The notes below the pieces were generated by a model that worked only from the letters and a program-made list of their open reading frames with translations, had not been told where the DNA came from and ran no database searches. DNA of 34,233 bases, from NCBI GenBank assembly GCA_046754205.1, contig JBHHVK010000001.1:1-34233 (forward strand), in the 5' to 3' direction. Positions 1-8,620 of the stretch are shown one piece after another; the first letter of the stretch is position 1, and the number at the start of each line of letters is the position of its first letter. Origin of the DNA: Thermodesulfobacteriota bacterium. GTDB lineage: Bacteria > Desulfobacterota > GWC2-55-46 > JBHHVK01. A program made the position numbers and the translations under genes.

Positions 1-802
1 CCGTAAGGCGGCGGGTGATGTAGGGGAGCCACTCCGGGCCGTAGGGGACGTAGACGCGCATATTATACCCCTCGGCCGCGAGCCCCCGCTGGAGCGTCCT
101 CTTTATCCCCAGGAGCATCTCGAAGTCGAAGGCGTCGCGGGGGATTCCCTTTATCTCGGCGAACCTCTTCGCCTCGTCGATGAGGGCCTCGTCATGGGTG
201 GCTATGGCTGGCCGGTTGCCCTTCGTAAGGAGCTCCTTCATCAGGCAGTCGAAGTTCCTGTCCACCGCGCCCTTGTCCCGGAAGGCGACGTCCGGCCCTT
301 CCTTGTAGGCGCCCTTGACGAGCCTTACGCTTACGCCCTCTTTTATGAGCCTGGCCACGTCGCCGCCGCTCCTGTAGAGATAGCTCTGAACCGCCACCCC
401 GACGTTATCGTACTTCCTCCTGAGCCTTACGACCAGGTCGATGGTCCTCTCCGTGTAGACGGCCCTCTCCATGTCCACGCGGACGAAGTTTCCGAGCTCC
501 CCGGCCCTTCTGACCACGGCCTCGGCGTTTTCCATGGCGAGCTCGTCGGAGAGGTCGAGCCCCAGGTGGGTGAGCTTCAAGGAGACCGAGGCGTCCACGC
601 CGGTCCGGTCAATCTCGCCCAGAAGGGCCAAGTACTCCGCCACGGACCTGCGGGCGTCCGAGGCGTCTTCGACGTTCTCGCCGAGCACGTCGATGGAGGC
701 GGATATCCCGTCGGCGTTGAGCGCTCTGGCCGCCTCGATGGCGTCGGCCCGCTTCTCGCCGGCGATGTACCTGCGGGCGAAGTAGAATAGAAAGTCCTTC
801 AT
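1..802 (-). CDS. Proline dehydrogenase (monofunctional, FAD-dependent PutA-type); 3' end runs off the window
   Basis: Absent from the ORF track because it is open at the window edge. Manual reverse-strand translation from ATG 802-800 gives MKDFLFYFARRYIAGEKRADAIEAARALNADGISASIDVLGE..SLKLTHLGLDLS..VRVDMERAVYTE..QSYLYRSGGD..VRLVKGAYKE..ATHDEALI..FEMLLGIKR..VYVPYGPEWLPYITRRL. These blocks match the conserved blocks of bacterial PRODH (for example the Thermus enzyme, from memory). Codon usage is typical of this window. Confidence 0.9.
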   Translation of the reverse strand, partial: MKDFLFYFARRYIAGEKRADAIEAARALNADGISASIDVLGENVEDASDARRSVAEYLALLGEIDRTGVDASVSLKLTHLGLDLSDELAMENAEAVVRRAGELGNFVRVDMERAVYTERTIDLVVRLRRKYDNVGVAVQSYLYRSGGDVARLIKEGVSVRLVKGAYKEGPDVAFRDKGAVDRNFDCLMKELLTKGNRPAIATHDEALIDEAKRFAEIKGIPRDAFDFEMLLGIKRTLQRGLAAEGYNMRVYVPYGPEWLPYITRRLT

Positions 803-815
803 CCCGTACCGCCGT

Positions 816-2144
816 TCATTTTACGGAGTCGATAAAATCCATGACCACGCCCCGGAGCCCGGGCGTCTCCATGTCCTCGACCTCGTACCTCACCCGCACC
901 ACGGGCCTTGTGACCTTTATCAGTCCGGTGAGGTTCACCGGGGTGGCCACGATGACCACGTCCGAAGGGGTGGCCGCTATCGTGCTTTCGAGGTCCCTTA
1001 TCTGGGCCGGTGAGTAACCCATGGCCGGGAGTATCTTTTCGATATGGGGATACCTCCTGAAAGTCTCCTCCATCGAGCCCCTGGCAAAGGGTCTCGCGTC
1101 CACGGCTTCGGCCCCGTACCTTTCGGCCGCGCGGAGGCCGGCTCCGAAGCCCATGCCGCCGTGGGTCAGCGTGGGGCCGTCTTCGACGACCAGCGCGGTC
1201 CTGCCCCTGAGGGCGGCCTCGGCCTCGGCTCCCCCCGCGTCGATTACGGAGGCCGTCCTTATTATCCTCGCCCCGGGGTTGACGGCCCTGACGCTCCGGA
1301 TGATGGCCTCGGAGCTCTCCGGCGGGGCCGCGTCGGCCTTGGCGACCACCACGACGCCGGCCCTTCTGAGGTTGGCCTCGCCGGGCCACCATCCGAGCTC
1401 GGCCCCGGGGCGGAGCGCGTCGGCGAGGCAGATGTCGAGGTCCGGCCTTATGAAGGGCCCGTCGTTGTTGCCCCCGTCCCAGACGACCACGTCCCCCTCC
1501 TCTTCGGCCTCGTCGAGCACGGCCCGGTAGTCGACCCCGGCGTATACGACGTATCCCGCCTCGACGAGCGGCTCGTACTCCTCGCGCTCCTCGATGGTGC
1601 ACCGCGCCGCCTCCAGGTCGGCCGGGGAGGCGAACCTCTGGACGCGGGCCCCGGCGAGGTCGCCGTATGGCATGGGGTGGCGTATGACCACCGGCACCAG
1701 ACCTGCCTCCCTCAGGACCCCGGCCACGAACCTCGTGGTCCCGCTCTTGCCGCAGCCCGTCCGGACGGCCGTGACGCTTATGACCGGCTTCGTTGACTCC
1801 AGCATCGTCGCCCCGGGCCCGGGCAGGGTGAACCCCGCCCCCTGTGAGGCGGCAACGGAGGCGAGCCTCATGACGTGGCCGAAGGAGACGTCCGAGTAGG
1901 AGAATACGACCGTGTCTATATGCTCTGACCCCAGAAGCCCGGCGAGGCGCTCTTCCGGGTGGATGGGTATGCCTTCGGGGTATAGCGGGCCGGCGAGAAG
2001 CGGTGGATAGGTCCTATCGGTGATGTAGGGTATCTGGGCCGCGGTGAAGGCCACGACGCGCACCGAGGGGTCGTCGCGGAAGAGGCAGTTGAAGTTATGG
2101 AAGTCCCTGCCGGCGGCGCCCATTATGAGGACCCTTTTCTTCAT
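816..2144 (-). CDS. Cyclic 2,3-diphosphoglycerate synthetase-like P-loop protein (COG2403 'predicted GTPase' family)
   Basis: 442-aa ORF with N-terminal MKKRVLIMGAAGRDFHNF and a P-loop GCGKSGTT. The overall layout matches my recollection of the cpgS/COG2403 family. RBS AAGGAGG lies 7 nt upstream of ATG 2144. It ends 13 nt before the PRODH start. Confidence 0.7.
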   Translation of the reverse strand: MKKRVLIMGAAGRDFHNFNCLFRDDPSVRVVAFTAAQIPYITDRTYPPLLAGPLYPEGIPIHPEERLAGLLGSEHIDTVVFSYSDVSFGHVMRLASVAASQGAGFTLPGPGATMLESTKPVISVTAVRTGCGKSGTTRFVAGVLREAGLVPVVIRHPMPYGDLAGARVQRFASPADLEAARCTIEEREEYEPLVEAGYVVYAGVDYRAVLDEAEEEGDVVVWDGGNNDGPFIRPDLDICLADALRPGAELGWWPGEANLRRAGVVVVAKADAAPPESSEAIIRSVRAVNPGARIIRTASVIDAGGAEAEAALRGRTALVVEDGPTLTHGGMGFGAGLRAAERYGAEAVDARPFARGSMEETFRRYPHIEKILPAMGYSPAQIRDLESTIAATPSDVVIVATPVNLTGLIKVTRPVVRVRYEVEDMETPGLRGVVMDFIDSVK

Positions 2145-2185
2145 GGCTCACCCCTCCTTAAGGATATCCGGCGGGATGGGGGAAA

Positions 2186-4552
2186 TCAACCCCCGGCCCC
2201 CCCGGCGTCTCCATCGGCGTCAGCTCCCTCCTTCGCCCCGTCTTCGTCTTCGGAGGTCTTTTTCCTGCCGGGCCCGGGCAGGCGGAGGGTCTTTTCAAAG
2301 GGCGGCAGGTCGGCGGTGTTGGCCATGAGGGCGTACTCGCCGGTCTGGTCTATTACCTTCAGGCCCGGGAGGCGGGCGAGCTCGGCCACCCTCGCCTTCG
2401 ACGTTATGACGATGAGTTTTTTCCCTTCCTTGAACCCCTCCAGGACGTCGATATTGGCCCGTTCGACCTTCAGGAACCCGCCGCGCGAGTAGAAGGCGAT
2501 GGAGGGCCGGTTTATCTCGTAAGTGGCTAACTCGGCCTCGCCGCGGAGCCCCCTTGCGTAGACCGAGTAGTCGTGGAGGGTCGACTGGAGGTACAGGCTC
2601 GCCACCGGCACGGCCTCGACCCGGAGGAACATGAGTAGCAGGGCCGCGGCGGTGAAGAGTCCCGCGAGGCCCCGGCGGGCGTTGCCGTATGCGACGATGC
2701 CGGAGCCGGCGGCGAGCAGGAATATCGCCCCGAGCGAGTAGAAGAACCAATCGGGTATCGCCACGGCGAACTCCACGTCGTGGAAGGGCAGGAGGATCAA
2801 CGCGGAGGCCGCCACGATGGAGGCGATGGTCAGGACGAAGAGGCCAGGTCTCTTCCTGCTCTCCTTCACGGAGAGGATGTCATTCATCACGAGCCCGGCC
2901 ATTATCGACATGGCCGGATATATAGGGAAGATGTAGTTCGGGAGCTTGGTCCCGGCGGCCGTGAAGAAGGCGAATATGAAGATGCACCACAGGGCGGCGA
3001 AGAGATGGAGCCCCCCGGTCCTGCCTGTGAGCTCGCCCGCCGCCTTCTTGAGCGAGGCGGGGAGGAAGACCATCCAGGGGAAGAAACCTGCGATTATGAC
3101 GAGCAGGTAGTAGTAGACCGGGCCGCCGTGGCTCGACACCACCCCGGCGTAACGCTTGATGTGGTGCTTTATGATGAACTGGTCTATGAACTCGTAGCCG
3201 TTTACCGAGTATTCGAGGAGGAACCACGGGGCGGCGATGGCGACGAAGAGGGCCAGGTGGGACGGTCTCACGGCGTGCCTGAGCCTTCCGAGGTTGAAGG
3301 ACGCCGCGAGGTAAAGGAAGGCGACGGCCGCCGGGAAGAGGAGCCCTATCACCCCCTTGGTGAGCACGGCCCCCGCGCTCGCCGCCCAGGCCAGGGCGTA
3401 CCACCGGCGTCCGCCGGAGCGGACGCCGAGGTAGAAGGCGTACAGGGAGGCGGCGACAAAGAAGGTGAGCGTCATGTCGGTCACCGCCGAGTGGGAGTAG
3501 ACGAAGAACTCGAGGTTGGTCAGCAGCGCGATGGACGAGAGATAGGCGGCCCTGTCCCCCTTGAGCTTCCTTACGAAGAAGAAGGTCATGAGGACGAGCA
3601 GGACGCCGAAACCCGCTGATGTAAACCTGGCGGCGAACTCCGTGGCGCCGAAGGCGCCGAAGGCCGCGCTCATCAGCCAGTAGATGAGTATGGGCTTGTC
3701 GTACCTCGGCAGGTAGTTGTACGTGGGGGTGATGAAGTCCCATGTATCGAGCATCTCGCGGGCGGCCTCGGAGAATACCGCCTCATCGACGTCGAAGAGC
3801 AGGAACCCCCCGGTCTTGAAAAAGGATATGAAGATGGTGAGGAAGACGAGGCCCGCGAAGAACCAGTGCGTGAGGGGGGCAAGGCCTACCCGCGCCGCGC
3901 CGGCCCCTTTGGCCCTCCCGGCCCTCAAGGCTTCCCCCGTCCCCCCGGCTATGAGGTGCCCCGCCGCGACGCCCAGGATGGCCCCGCCGGCGACGTCCGA
4001 GGGGTAGTGGGACCCGAGGCCGACGCGCGCGAGGGCCACGCCAAAGGCGAGGACGTAGAAGACCGCGGCATACCTGGGGAACCTCCTCGCCAGGACGAAG
4101 GCGAGGGCGAAGCTCACCGTGGCGTGGCCCGAGGGGAAGGAGTTGAACCTTCCCGTGAGGTCAAAGAACGACGGCTCGCCGAGCAGGTGGACGATGGCCT
4201 GGGGCCCCTGCGAGGGCCTGGGGCGCTCGAAGGCGGCCTTCAGGAAGTGGACCGCGGCGCTTCCGAGGAGTATCGAGAAAAACCCGCCGGACCCCGCCCT
4301 GGCGATGTTGTCCGACCCCTTGAGCCAGCCGTAGACGTAGAGGGCCAGGCAGATGACAGTAAGCGTAAGGCCGTTGCCGAGGGCGGAGAAGACCTCGAAG
4401 ACGGGCGAGAGCCGCCCGGCCCCCGCCGCACCGCCGGCCCAGGGGTCGAAGGCCACGGAAAGGGGTAAGGTGATGACGAGGGCCGCGACGGCTATTATCT
4501 TTTGAAGGGAAGGTTGGCCGGAGGAGGTCGGAGTGTTACTCGACATTAACAA
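2186..4552 (-). CDS. Fusion protein: N-terminal PAP2 lipid phosphatase plus C-terminal ArnT/PMT-like GT-C glycosyltransferase (COG1807 type)
   Basis: All three PAP2 motifs are present: KAAFERPRP (Kx6RP), FPSGH, and ARVGLGSHYPSD (SRx5Hx3D variant). They are followed by GT-C hallmarks: FDVDEAVFSEAAREM (the acidic DE motif of the first periplasmic loop) and YDKPILIYWLMSAAFGAFG, then many TM helices. The start overlaps the aminotransferase stop by 17 nt (alternative Met at 4546). Confidence 0.85.
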   Translation of the reverse strand: MLMSSNTPTSSGQPSLQKIIAVAALVITLPLSVAFDPWAGGAAGAGRLSPVFEVFSALGNGLTLTVICLALYVYGWLKGSDNIARAGSGGFFSILLGSAAVHFLKAAFERPRPSQGPQAIVHLLGEPSFFDLTGRFNSFPSGHATVSFALAFVLARRFPRYAAVFYVLAFGVALARVGLGSHYPSDVAGGAILGVAAGHLIAGGTGEALRAGRAKGAGAARVGLAPLTHWFFAGLVFLTIFISFFKTGGFLLFDVDEAVFSEAAREMLDTWDFITPTYNYLPRYDKPILIYWLMSAAFGAFGATEFAARFTSAGFGVLLVLMTFFFVRKLKGDRAAYLSSIALLTNLEFFVYSHSAVTDMTLTFFVAASLYAFYLGVRSGGRRWYALAWAASAGAVLTKGVIGLLFPAAVAFLYLAASFNLGRLRHAVRPSHLALFVAIAAPWFLLEYSVNGYEFIDQFIIKHHIKRYAGVVSSHGGPVYYYLLVIIAGFFPWMVFLPASLKKAAGELTGRTGGLHLFAALWCIFIFAFFTAAGTKLPNYIFPIYPAMSIMAGLVMNDILSVKESRKRPGLFVLTIASIVAASALILLPFHDVEFAVAIPDWFFYSLGAIFLLAAGSGIVAYGNARRGLAGLFTAAALLLMFLRVEAVPVASLYLQSTLHDYSVYARGLRGEAELATYEINRPSIAFYSRGGFLKVERANIDVLEGFKEGKKLIVITSKARVAELARLPGLKVIDQTGEYALMANTADLPPFEKTLRLPGPGRKKTSEDEDGAKEGADADGDAGGAGG

Positions 4553-5816
4553 GGGCCTCCTCGAAGACGTCGAGCGCCCTGTCCATCTCTTCCGCGGTGA
4601 TGACGAGCGGCGGCATCAGCCTGGCGACGTTGCCGTGGGTCCCGCATTCGACGATTATTACCCCCTTCGAGAGGCACTCTTTCAGGACGTGGTCGAGCCT
4701 TTCGGGGTCCGGTTTCCTGTCGTCGGAGACGAACTCCACCCCTATCATGAGCCCCATGCCGCGCACGTCCCCGAGGAAGGGGAACCGTCCCTGCATGGCC
4801 TTGAGCCTGCTGGTGGCGCTTTTTCCCACCTCGAGGGCGCCCTCGATCATGCCTTCGGACTCGATGGCCTCGATGGCGGCGAGAGAGGCCGCGCAGGCCA
4901 CAGGGTTGCCCCCGAAGGTGGTGCCGTGCGCCCCGGGGGGCCAGGAGGACATTATCTCGCGGGTGGAGCCCACGGCGCTCAAGGGAAAGCCAGAGGCGAT
5001 GCCCTTGGCCATCGTCATGATGTCGGGGGTGATGCCGAAGTGCTCGCAGGCGAACCAGCGCCCGGTCCTGCCGAAGCCGGTCTGAACCTCGTCGGCCACC
5101 AGGAGTATCCCCTCTCTCGTGCAGAGGTCCCGGAGGCGCGTGAGAAACCCTGCGGGGGGCACCACGTATCCGCCTTCGCCGAGGACCGGCTCTATTATCG
5201 CGCAGGCCACCTCGCGCGCGGGTATCTGGTGGGTGAATACCGCCTCGAGGCGGTCGAAGCACTCGACGGAGCACGACCCCGGGTCCCGGCCCACAGGGCA
5301 CCTGTAGCAGTACGGGTAGGGGGCGTGGTAGACGGACGGCAGGAGCGGGAGGTACCCGCCCCTGTACCTCGACGACGAGGAGGTCAGCGCGAGCGCCCCG
5401 GTGGTGCGCCCGTGGAAGCTCCCTGTGAAGGCTACGATGCCCTGGCGGCCCGTGGTATGGCGCGCGAGCTTAACGGCCCCCTCCACGGCCTCGGCCCCGG
5501 AGTTGGAGAAGAAGAACATCTCGATATCCCCCGGGGCGATGCGGGCGAGCGTCCTGGCGAGCTCCGCTATCGGGCGGTACTGGAAGATGCAGCCGGCGTG
5601 CACGAGCTCACCGGCCTGGGCGCGCGCGGCCTCGACGACCCGGGGGTGGCAGTGGCCGACGTTGGCCGTGGCCAGCCCGGCCGTGAGGTCCATATAGGTC
5701 ACGCCGTCCTCCCCTTCCACGTATATCCCGTGGGCGCGGGTGGCCACGATGTCGGTGTGGAAGACAAGGGCGGAGGTGAGATGGCTCCGCGCCGTCTGTC
5801 GGGTGTCGAAGTCCAT
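4536..5816 (-). CDS. Class-III PLP-dependent aminotransferase (GabT / ornithine / acetylornithine aminotransferase-like)
   Basis: 426 aa with SNSGAEAVEGAVKLAR, DEVQTGFGRTG, the PLP-lysine region DIMTMAKGIASG, and GTTFGGNPVACAA. These are standard class-III aminotransferase blocks. Substrate cannot be assigned from sequence alone. Confidence 0.9.
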   Translation of the reverse strand: MDFDTRQTARSHLTSALVFHTDIVATRAHGIYVEGEDGVTYMDLTAGLATANVGHCHPRVVEAARAQAGELVHAGCIFQYRPIAELARTLARIAPGDIEMFFFSNSGAEAVEGAVKLARHTTGRQGIVAFTGSFHGRTTGALALTSSSSRYRGGYLPLLPSVYHAPYPYCYRCPVGRDPGSCSVECFDRLEAVFTHQIPAREVACAIIEPVLGEGGYVVPPAGFLTRLRDLCTREGILLVADEVQTGFGRTGRWFACEHFGITPDIMTMAKGIASGFPLSAVGSTREIMSSWPPGAHGTTFGGNPVACAASLAAIEAIESEGMIEGALEVGKSATSRLKAMQGRFPFLGDVRGMGLMIGVEFVSDDRKPDPERLDHVLKECLSKGVIIVECGTHGNVARLMPPLVITAEEMDRALDVFEEALVNVE

Positions 5817-5884
5817 GGGATGAGTTGGGGGCGGGCTTCAGGTGTTATGCACTTTTCAGGGAGGCCGCGCCCGCAGCGCCGTCC

Positions 5885-6139
5885 TCAGTCGGAGTCCACG
5901 GGCTGGGGCTCGCACAACATCGAGTCATAGATGGCGAGCCTGCCGCACTTCTTGCAGATGTACTCCAGCTTGTCGAGCATGCGGGTGCAGACGTGCCTGG
6001 CGTCATTGACCGTCTTGCCGCAGAACTCGCACTCGAACGGGACCGCTCCCTCGTTGGGGTGGCAGACATGGCCCCTGCCGCTTGCAGTGGCCTTGCAGGT
6101 GGGGCATGGAAAGGTCTCTACGTATTTTATGTCCGTCAT
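5885..6139 (-). CDS. Small Cys-rich metal-binding protein with three CxxC..(H)xC pseudo-repeats (rubredoxin-knuckle-like)
   Basis: MTDIKYVETFPCPTCKATASGRGHVCHPNEGAVPFECEFCGKTVNDARHVCTRMLDKLEYICKKCGRLAIYDSMLCEPQPVDSD. I chose ATG 6139 over the track's GTG 6160 because AAGGGAG lies about 11 nt upstream of the ATG. It starts 45 nt downstream of the erythrin-like gene's stop codon. Confidence 0.65.
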   Translation of the reverse strand: MTDIKYVETFPCPTCKATASGRGHVCHPNEGAVPFECEFCGKTVNDARHVCTRMLDKLEYICKKCGRLAIYDSMLCEPQPVDSD

Positions 6140-6183
6140 CTGTCCTGAGGCTCCCTTCACGGTTTATAAGGCCTTGACCGACC

Positions 6184-6693
6184 CTAAGCGGCGCCGCCGT
6201 AGAGCTTTTTCGAGAGCCCCGTGAGCCGCTTTACGTGGTCCTTCTCCTGCTCGATGAGCCTGGCGAGCACCTCCCTGTCCTTTTCGAGTATCATCCTCTG
6301 GAGCTCGTAGTAGAAGAGGAGGGAGTCTTTCTCCATGTCTATGGCCATCCTTATCGCCTCTTTTCCGTCAGCGACCGACAGGGCCAGCTCAGCGCCCCTG
6401 TCGGGGTTGGTGAAGACCTCGGTGTCGGCGATGGCCCTCAGGTACCTTGCCCCTTCCTCGGCGTAGGGGTCGTAGCCCTCCTTCCACGCCTCTTCGTCGG
6501 TAAGCCTCTTGAGGTCGTTGAAGACGACTATGTGCTGCTCCTCTTCACCGGCGAGGACCTCGAAGAGCTCCTTCAATTCGGGGTCGGTGGAGGCCTCTCC
6601 CGCGGTCGTGTAGAACTTGAGGCCGTTTTCCTCTATCCTGACGGCCATATCGAGGATCTCTTTTCCGGAAAAATGGACCGGGTCCATCGGCAT
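6184..6693 (-). CDS. Rubrerythrin/erythrin-family ferritin-like diiron protein (no rubredoxin domain)
   Basis: 169 aa forming a two-fold repeated four-helix pattern with diiron ligand motifs. First half: MAVRIEENGLKFY..LAGEEEQH. Second half: MAIDMEKDSLLFY..LIEQEKDH. RBS AAGGAGGAC lies directly upstream of ATG 6693. Confidence 0.8.
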   Translation of the reverse strand: MPMDPVHFSGKEILDMAVRIEENGLKFYTTAGEASTDPELKELFEVLAGEEEQHIVVFNDLKRLTDEEAWKEGYDPYAEEGARYLRAIADTEVFTNPDRGAELALSVADGKEAIRMAIDMEKDSLLFYYELQRMILEKDREVLARLIEQEKDHVKRLTGLSKKLYGGAA

Positions 6694-6722
6694 GTCCTCC
6701 TTGTCGCTTTGGATTGGGGGGG

Positions 6723-6750
6723 ATTATATCAAAAACGCCGTTGAAAGCAA
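6723..6750 (-). promoter_or_regulatory. Sigma70-type promoter for the erythrin-like / Cys-rich gene pair
   Basis: On the minus strand: -35 TTGCTT (6750-6745), 16-nt spacer, -10 TATAAT (6728-6723). It sits about 30 nt upstream of the start codon, in an AT-rich gap. Confidence 0.6.
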
Positions 6751-6769
6751 AAGAATAGTTTTGCGCCCG

Positions 6770-6817
6770 AAAAACCCCGCCGGGGAGCTGAAGGCCGGCC
6801 GGGCGGGAGGGAGGGGC
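6770..6817 (-). terminator. Probable intrinsic terminator after the aldehyde dehydrogenase gene
   Basis: The minus-strand transcript reads CCCGCC..GGCCGGCC..GGCGGG followed by GTTTTT (the A-run 6770-6774 on the plus strand). The stem is GC-rich but imperfect. Confidence 0.4.
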
Positions 6818-6829
6818 CGACCCTGCGGC

Positions 6830-8332
6830 CTACCGCCCCTCGTCCATCTGGGCCTTCTGGAGGCGTCCGGAGAAGTCCCGGTATACGGCCTTCCAACGGG
6901 TGAAGGTGTCGAGCGCCCCGCCGCGGCCCCCGGCCTCCTTGCGGCCCGTTCCGCTCTTCTTGAACCCCCCGAAGGGGAGGTGGACCTCCGCGCCTATGGT
7001 GGGGGCGTTTATATAGACGACCCCGGCGTCGAGGTCCCTTTCGGCCACGGCCGAGTTGTTCACGTCCCGGGTATAGATGGACGAGGAGAGGCCGTAGTCC
7101 ACGTCGTTGGCTATATCTATGGCGTGGGAGAGGCCGCCGGCCTTTATGACCGCGACCACCGGGCCGAATATCTCCTCGGCGGCTATGCGCATCTCCGGGG
7201 TCACGTCGGTAAAGACGGTGGGCTCGATGAACCAGCCGCGGCCGAGCTCCCCGTCGGTCCTCCGTGAGCCGCCGAGGGCGAGCGTGGCGCCTTCCCCCTT
7301 GCCGATCTCTATGTATTCGAGGACCTTGTTCATCTGTTCCTCGTTTATGAGCGGGCCGACCTCGGTGGCCGGGTCGAGGCCCGGGCCGAGCCTGAGCCCG
7401 CGGGCCGCGTCGATGAACGCCTCGAGGAACCTGTCGTGGACCGCCTCGTGGACGATGACCCTGCTGGTGGCGGTGCACCTCTGCCCCGTCGTTCCGAAGG
7501 CGCCCCAGAGGGCGCCTTCGACGGCGAGGTCTATCCTCGCGTCGTCCATGACGATTTCGGGGTTCTTGCCCCCCATCTCGCAGGATACCTCCGTGCCGAG
7601 GGCGGCGCACCCGGCGGCGATGGCCCCGCCCACGGCCGACGAGCCGGTAAAGGAGACCCCGTCCACGCCCCGGTGCGCGGCGAGGCGTTCGCCCACGGCG
7701 TCCCCCGTGCCGTGCACGAGGTTCAGGACCCCGGCGGGGATCCCGGAGGCGACGAAGAGCTCCACCAGCCTGGCGGCGGCCACGGGCGTATGGCTCGATG
7801 GCTTGAATACGACGGTATTTCCGGCGGCCAGGGCCGGGAATATCTTCCAGGCGGGGATGGCCGTGGGGAAGTTCCAGGGGGTTATGAGCGCGAAGACCCC
7901 GACCGGGACCCTCACGGACTTGCAGTCCTTGTCGGGGAGCTCCGAAGGGACCGTCTCCCCGGCCATTCGCCTGCCTTCGCCGGCCATGTAGTAGCCGATG
8001 TCTATGGCCTCCTGCACGTCGGAGAGGCCTTCGGCGAGTATCTTGCCCATCTCCCTGGTTACGAGGCGGCCGAGCTCCTCCTTTTCCCTTACGAGAAGCT
8101 CCGCGGCGCGGAAGAGTATCTCGCACCTTCTCGGGGCCGGCGTGTCCCGCCACTTCTTGTAGGCCCCGCGGGCGGCCTCCACGGCGAGGTCCACGTCGGC
8201 TGTGGCCGAAGCCGGCACGACCCCGACCACGTCGTCCCTGTCCGCCGGGTTTCTGCTCTCGAGCATGGCGCCCGAGCGGGCGTCCACCCACTCGCCGCCT
8301 ATGAGGTTCTTTGCTTTAGCTGTGCCGGACAT
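6830..8332 (-). CDS. NAD(P)+-dependent aldehyde dehydrogenase (semialdehyde / P5C dehydrogenase-like)
   Basis: The start is trimmed to ATG 8332 (MSGTAKAKNLIGGEWVD) with RBS GGAGGGAGG just upstream; the track's extension to 8533 crosses the promoter. ALDH hallmarks are present: FALITPWNFP, catalytic Glu in EMGGKNP, catalytic Cys in GQRCTA, and EEIFGPV. Confidence 0.9.
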   Translation of the reverse strand: MSGTAKAKNLIGGEWVDARSGAMLESRNPADRDDVVGVVPASATADVDLAVEAARGAYKKWRDTPAPRRCEILFRAAELLVREKEELGRLVTREMGKILAEGLSDVQEAIDIGYYMAGEGRRMAGETVPSELPDKDCKSVRVPVGVFALITPWNFPTAIPAWKIFPALAAGNTVVFKPSSHTPVAAARLVELFVASGIPAGVLNLVHGTGDAVGERLAAHRGVDGVSFTGSSAVGGAIAAGCAALGTEVSCEMGGKNPEIVMDDARIDLAVEGALWGAFGTTGQRCTATSRVIVHEAVHDRFLEAFIDAARGLRLGPGLDPATEVGPLINEEQMNKVLEYIEIGKGEGATLALGGSRRTDGELGRGWFIEPTVFTDVTPEMRIAAEEIFGPVVAVIKAGGLSHAIDIANDVDYGLSSSIYTRDVNNSAVAERDLDAGVVYINAPTIGAEVHLPFGGFKKSGTGRKEAGGRGGALDTFTRWKAVYRDFSGRLQKAQMDEGR

Positions 8333-8400
8333 GACGGGCCTCCCTCCGCTGTGGTCGCGGTGACGGTCGTTGGCCTCAAGGGCCTGGAAATTCCGATGAA

Positions 8401-8429
8401 AGTATATCAGAGAGGTCGCGGGCCCGCAA
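8401..8429 (-). promoter_or_regulatory. Sigma70-type promoter for the aldehyde dehydrogenase gene
   Basis: On the minus strand: -35 TTGCGG (8429-8424), 17-nt spacer, -10 TATACT (8406-8401). This predicts a 5' UTR of about 60 nt. Confidence 0.5.
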
Positions 8430-8620
8430 GGCGGGCGGGGGTCGGTTTTTTTCCGGAAGGGGGTTCGCTCTAATCTTCCCTTAATCTTGGCGTCCCTATA
8501 ATGGTAGTCACGCAAGCAGGTTTTTGCGCCCACCTACCCGGCCCGCCATGAGGCGGCGCCCGGTTTTCAATACGCGGCTGTAAGACGCCGGTCCTAAAAA
8601 TCCCGCCCAAGCACACCTCA

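Noticed and set aside
799-1602. 267-aa minus-strand ORF rich in Arg, Gly and Pro. Similar long ORFs occur at 6729..8291, 8672..10108, 18890..20341, 22317..24257 and 29999..31126.
   Set aside because: They overlap well-supported genes in other frames. Their Arg/Pro/Gly-dominated, low-complexity translations are typical of off-frame reading in GC3-rich DNA. They have no motifs and no RBS.
8333-8533. N-terminal extension of 67 aa on the aldehyde dehydrogenase ORF.
   Set aside because: The extension crosses the predicted promoter, has atypical codons and has no ALDH homology. ATG 8332 has a strong GGAGGGAGG RBS and yields the standard ALDH N-terminus.
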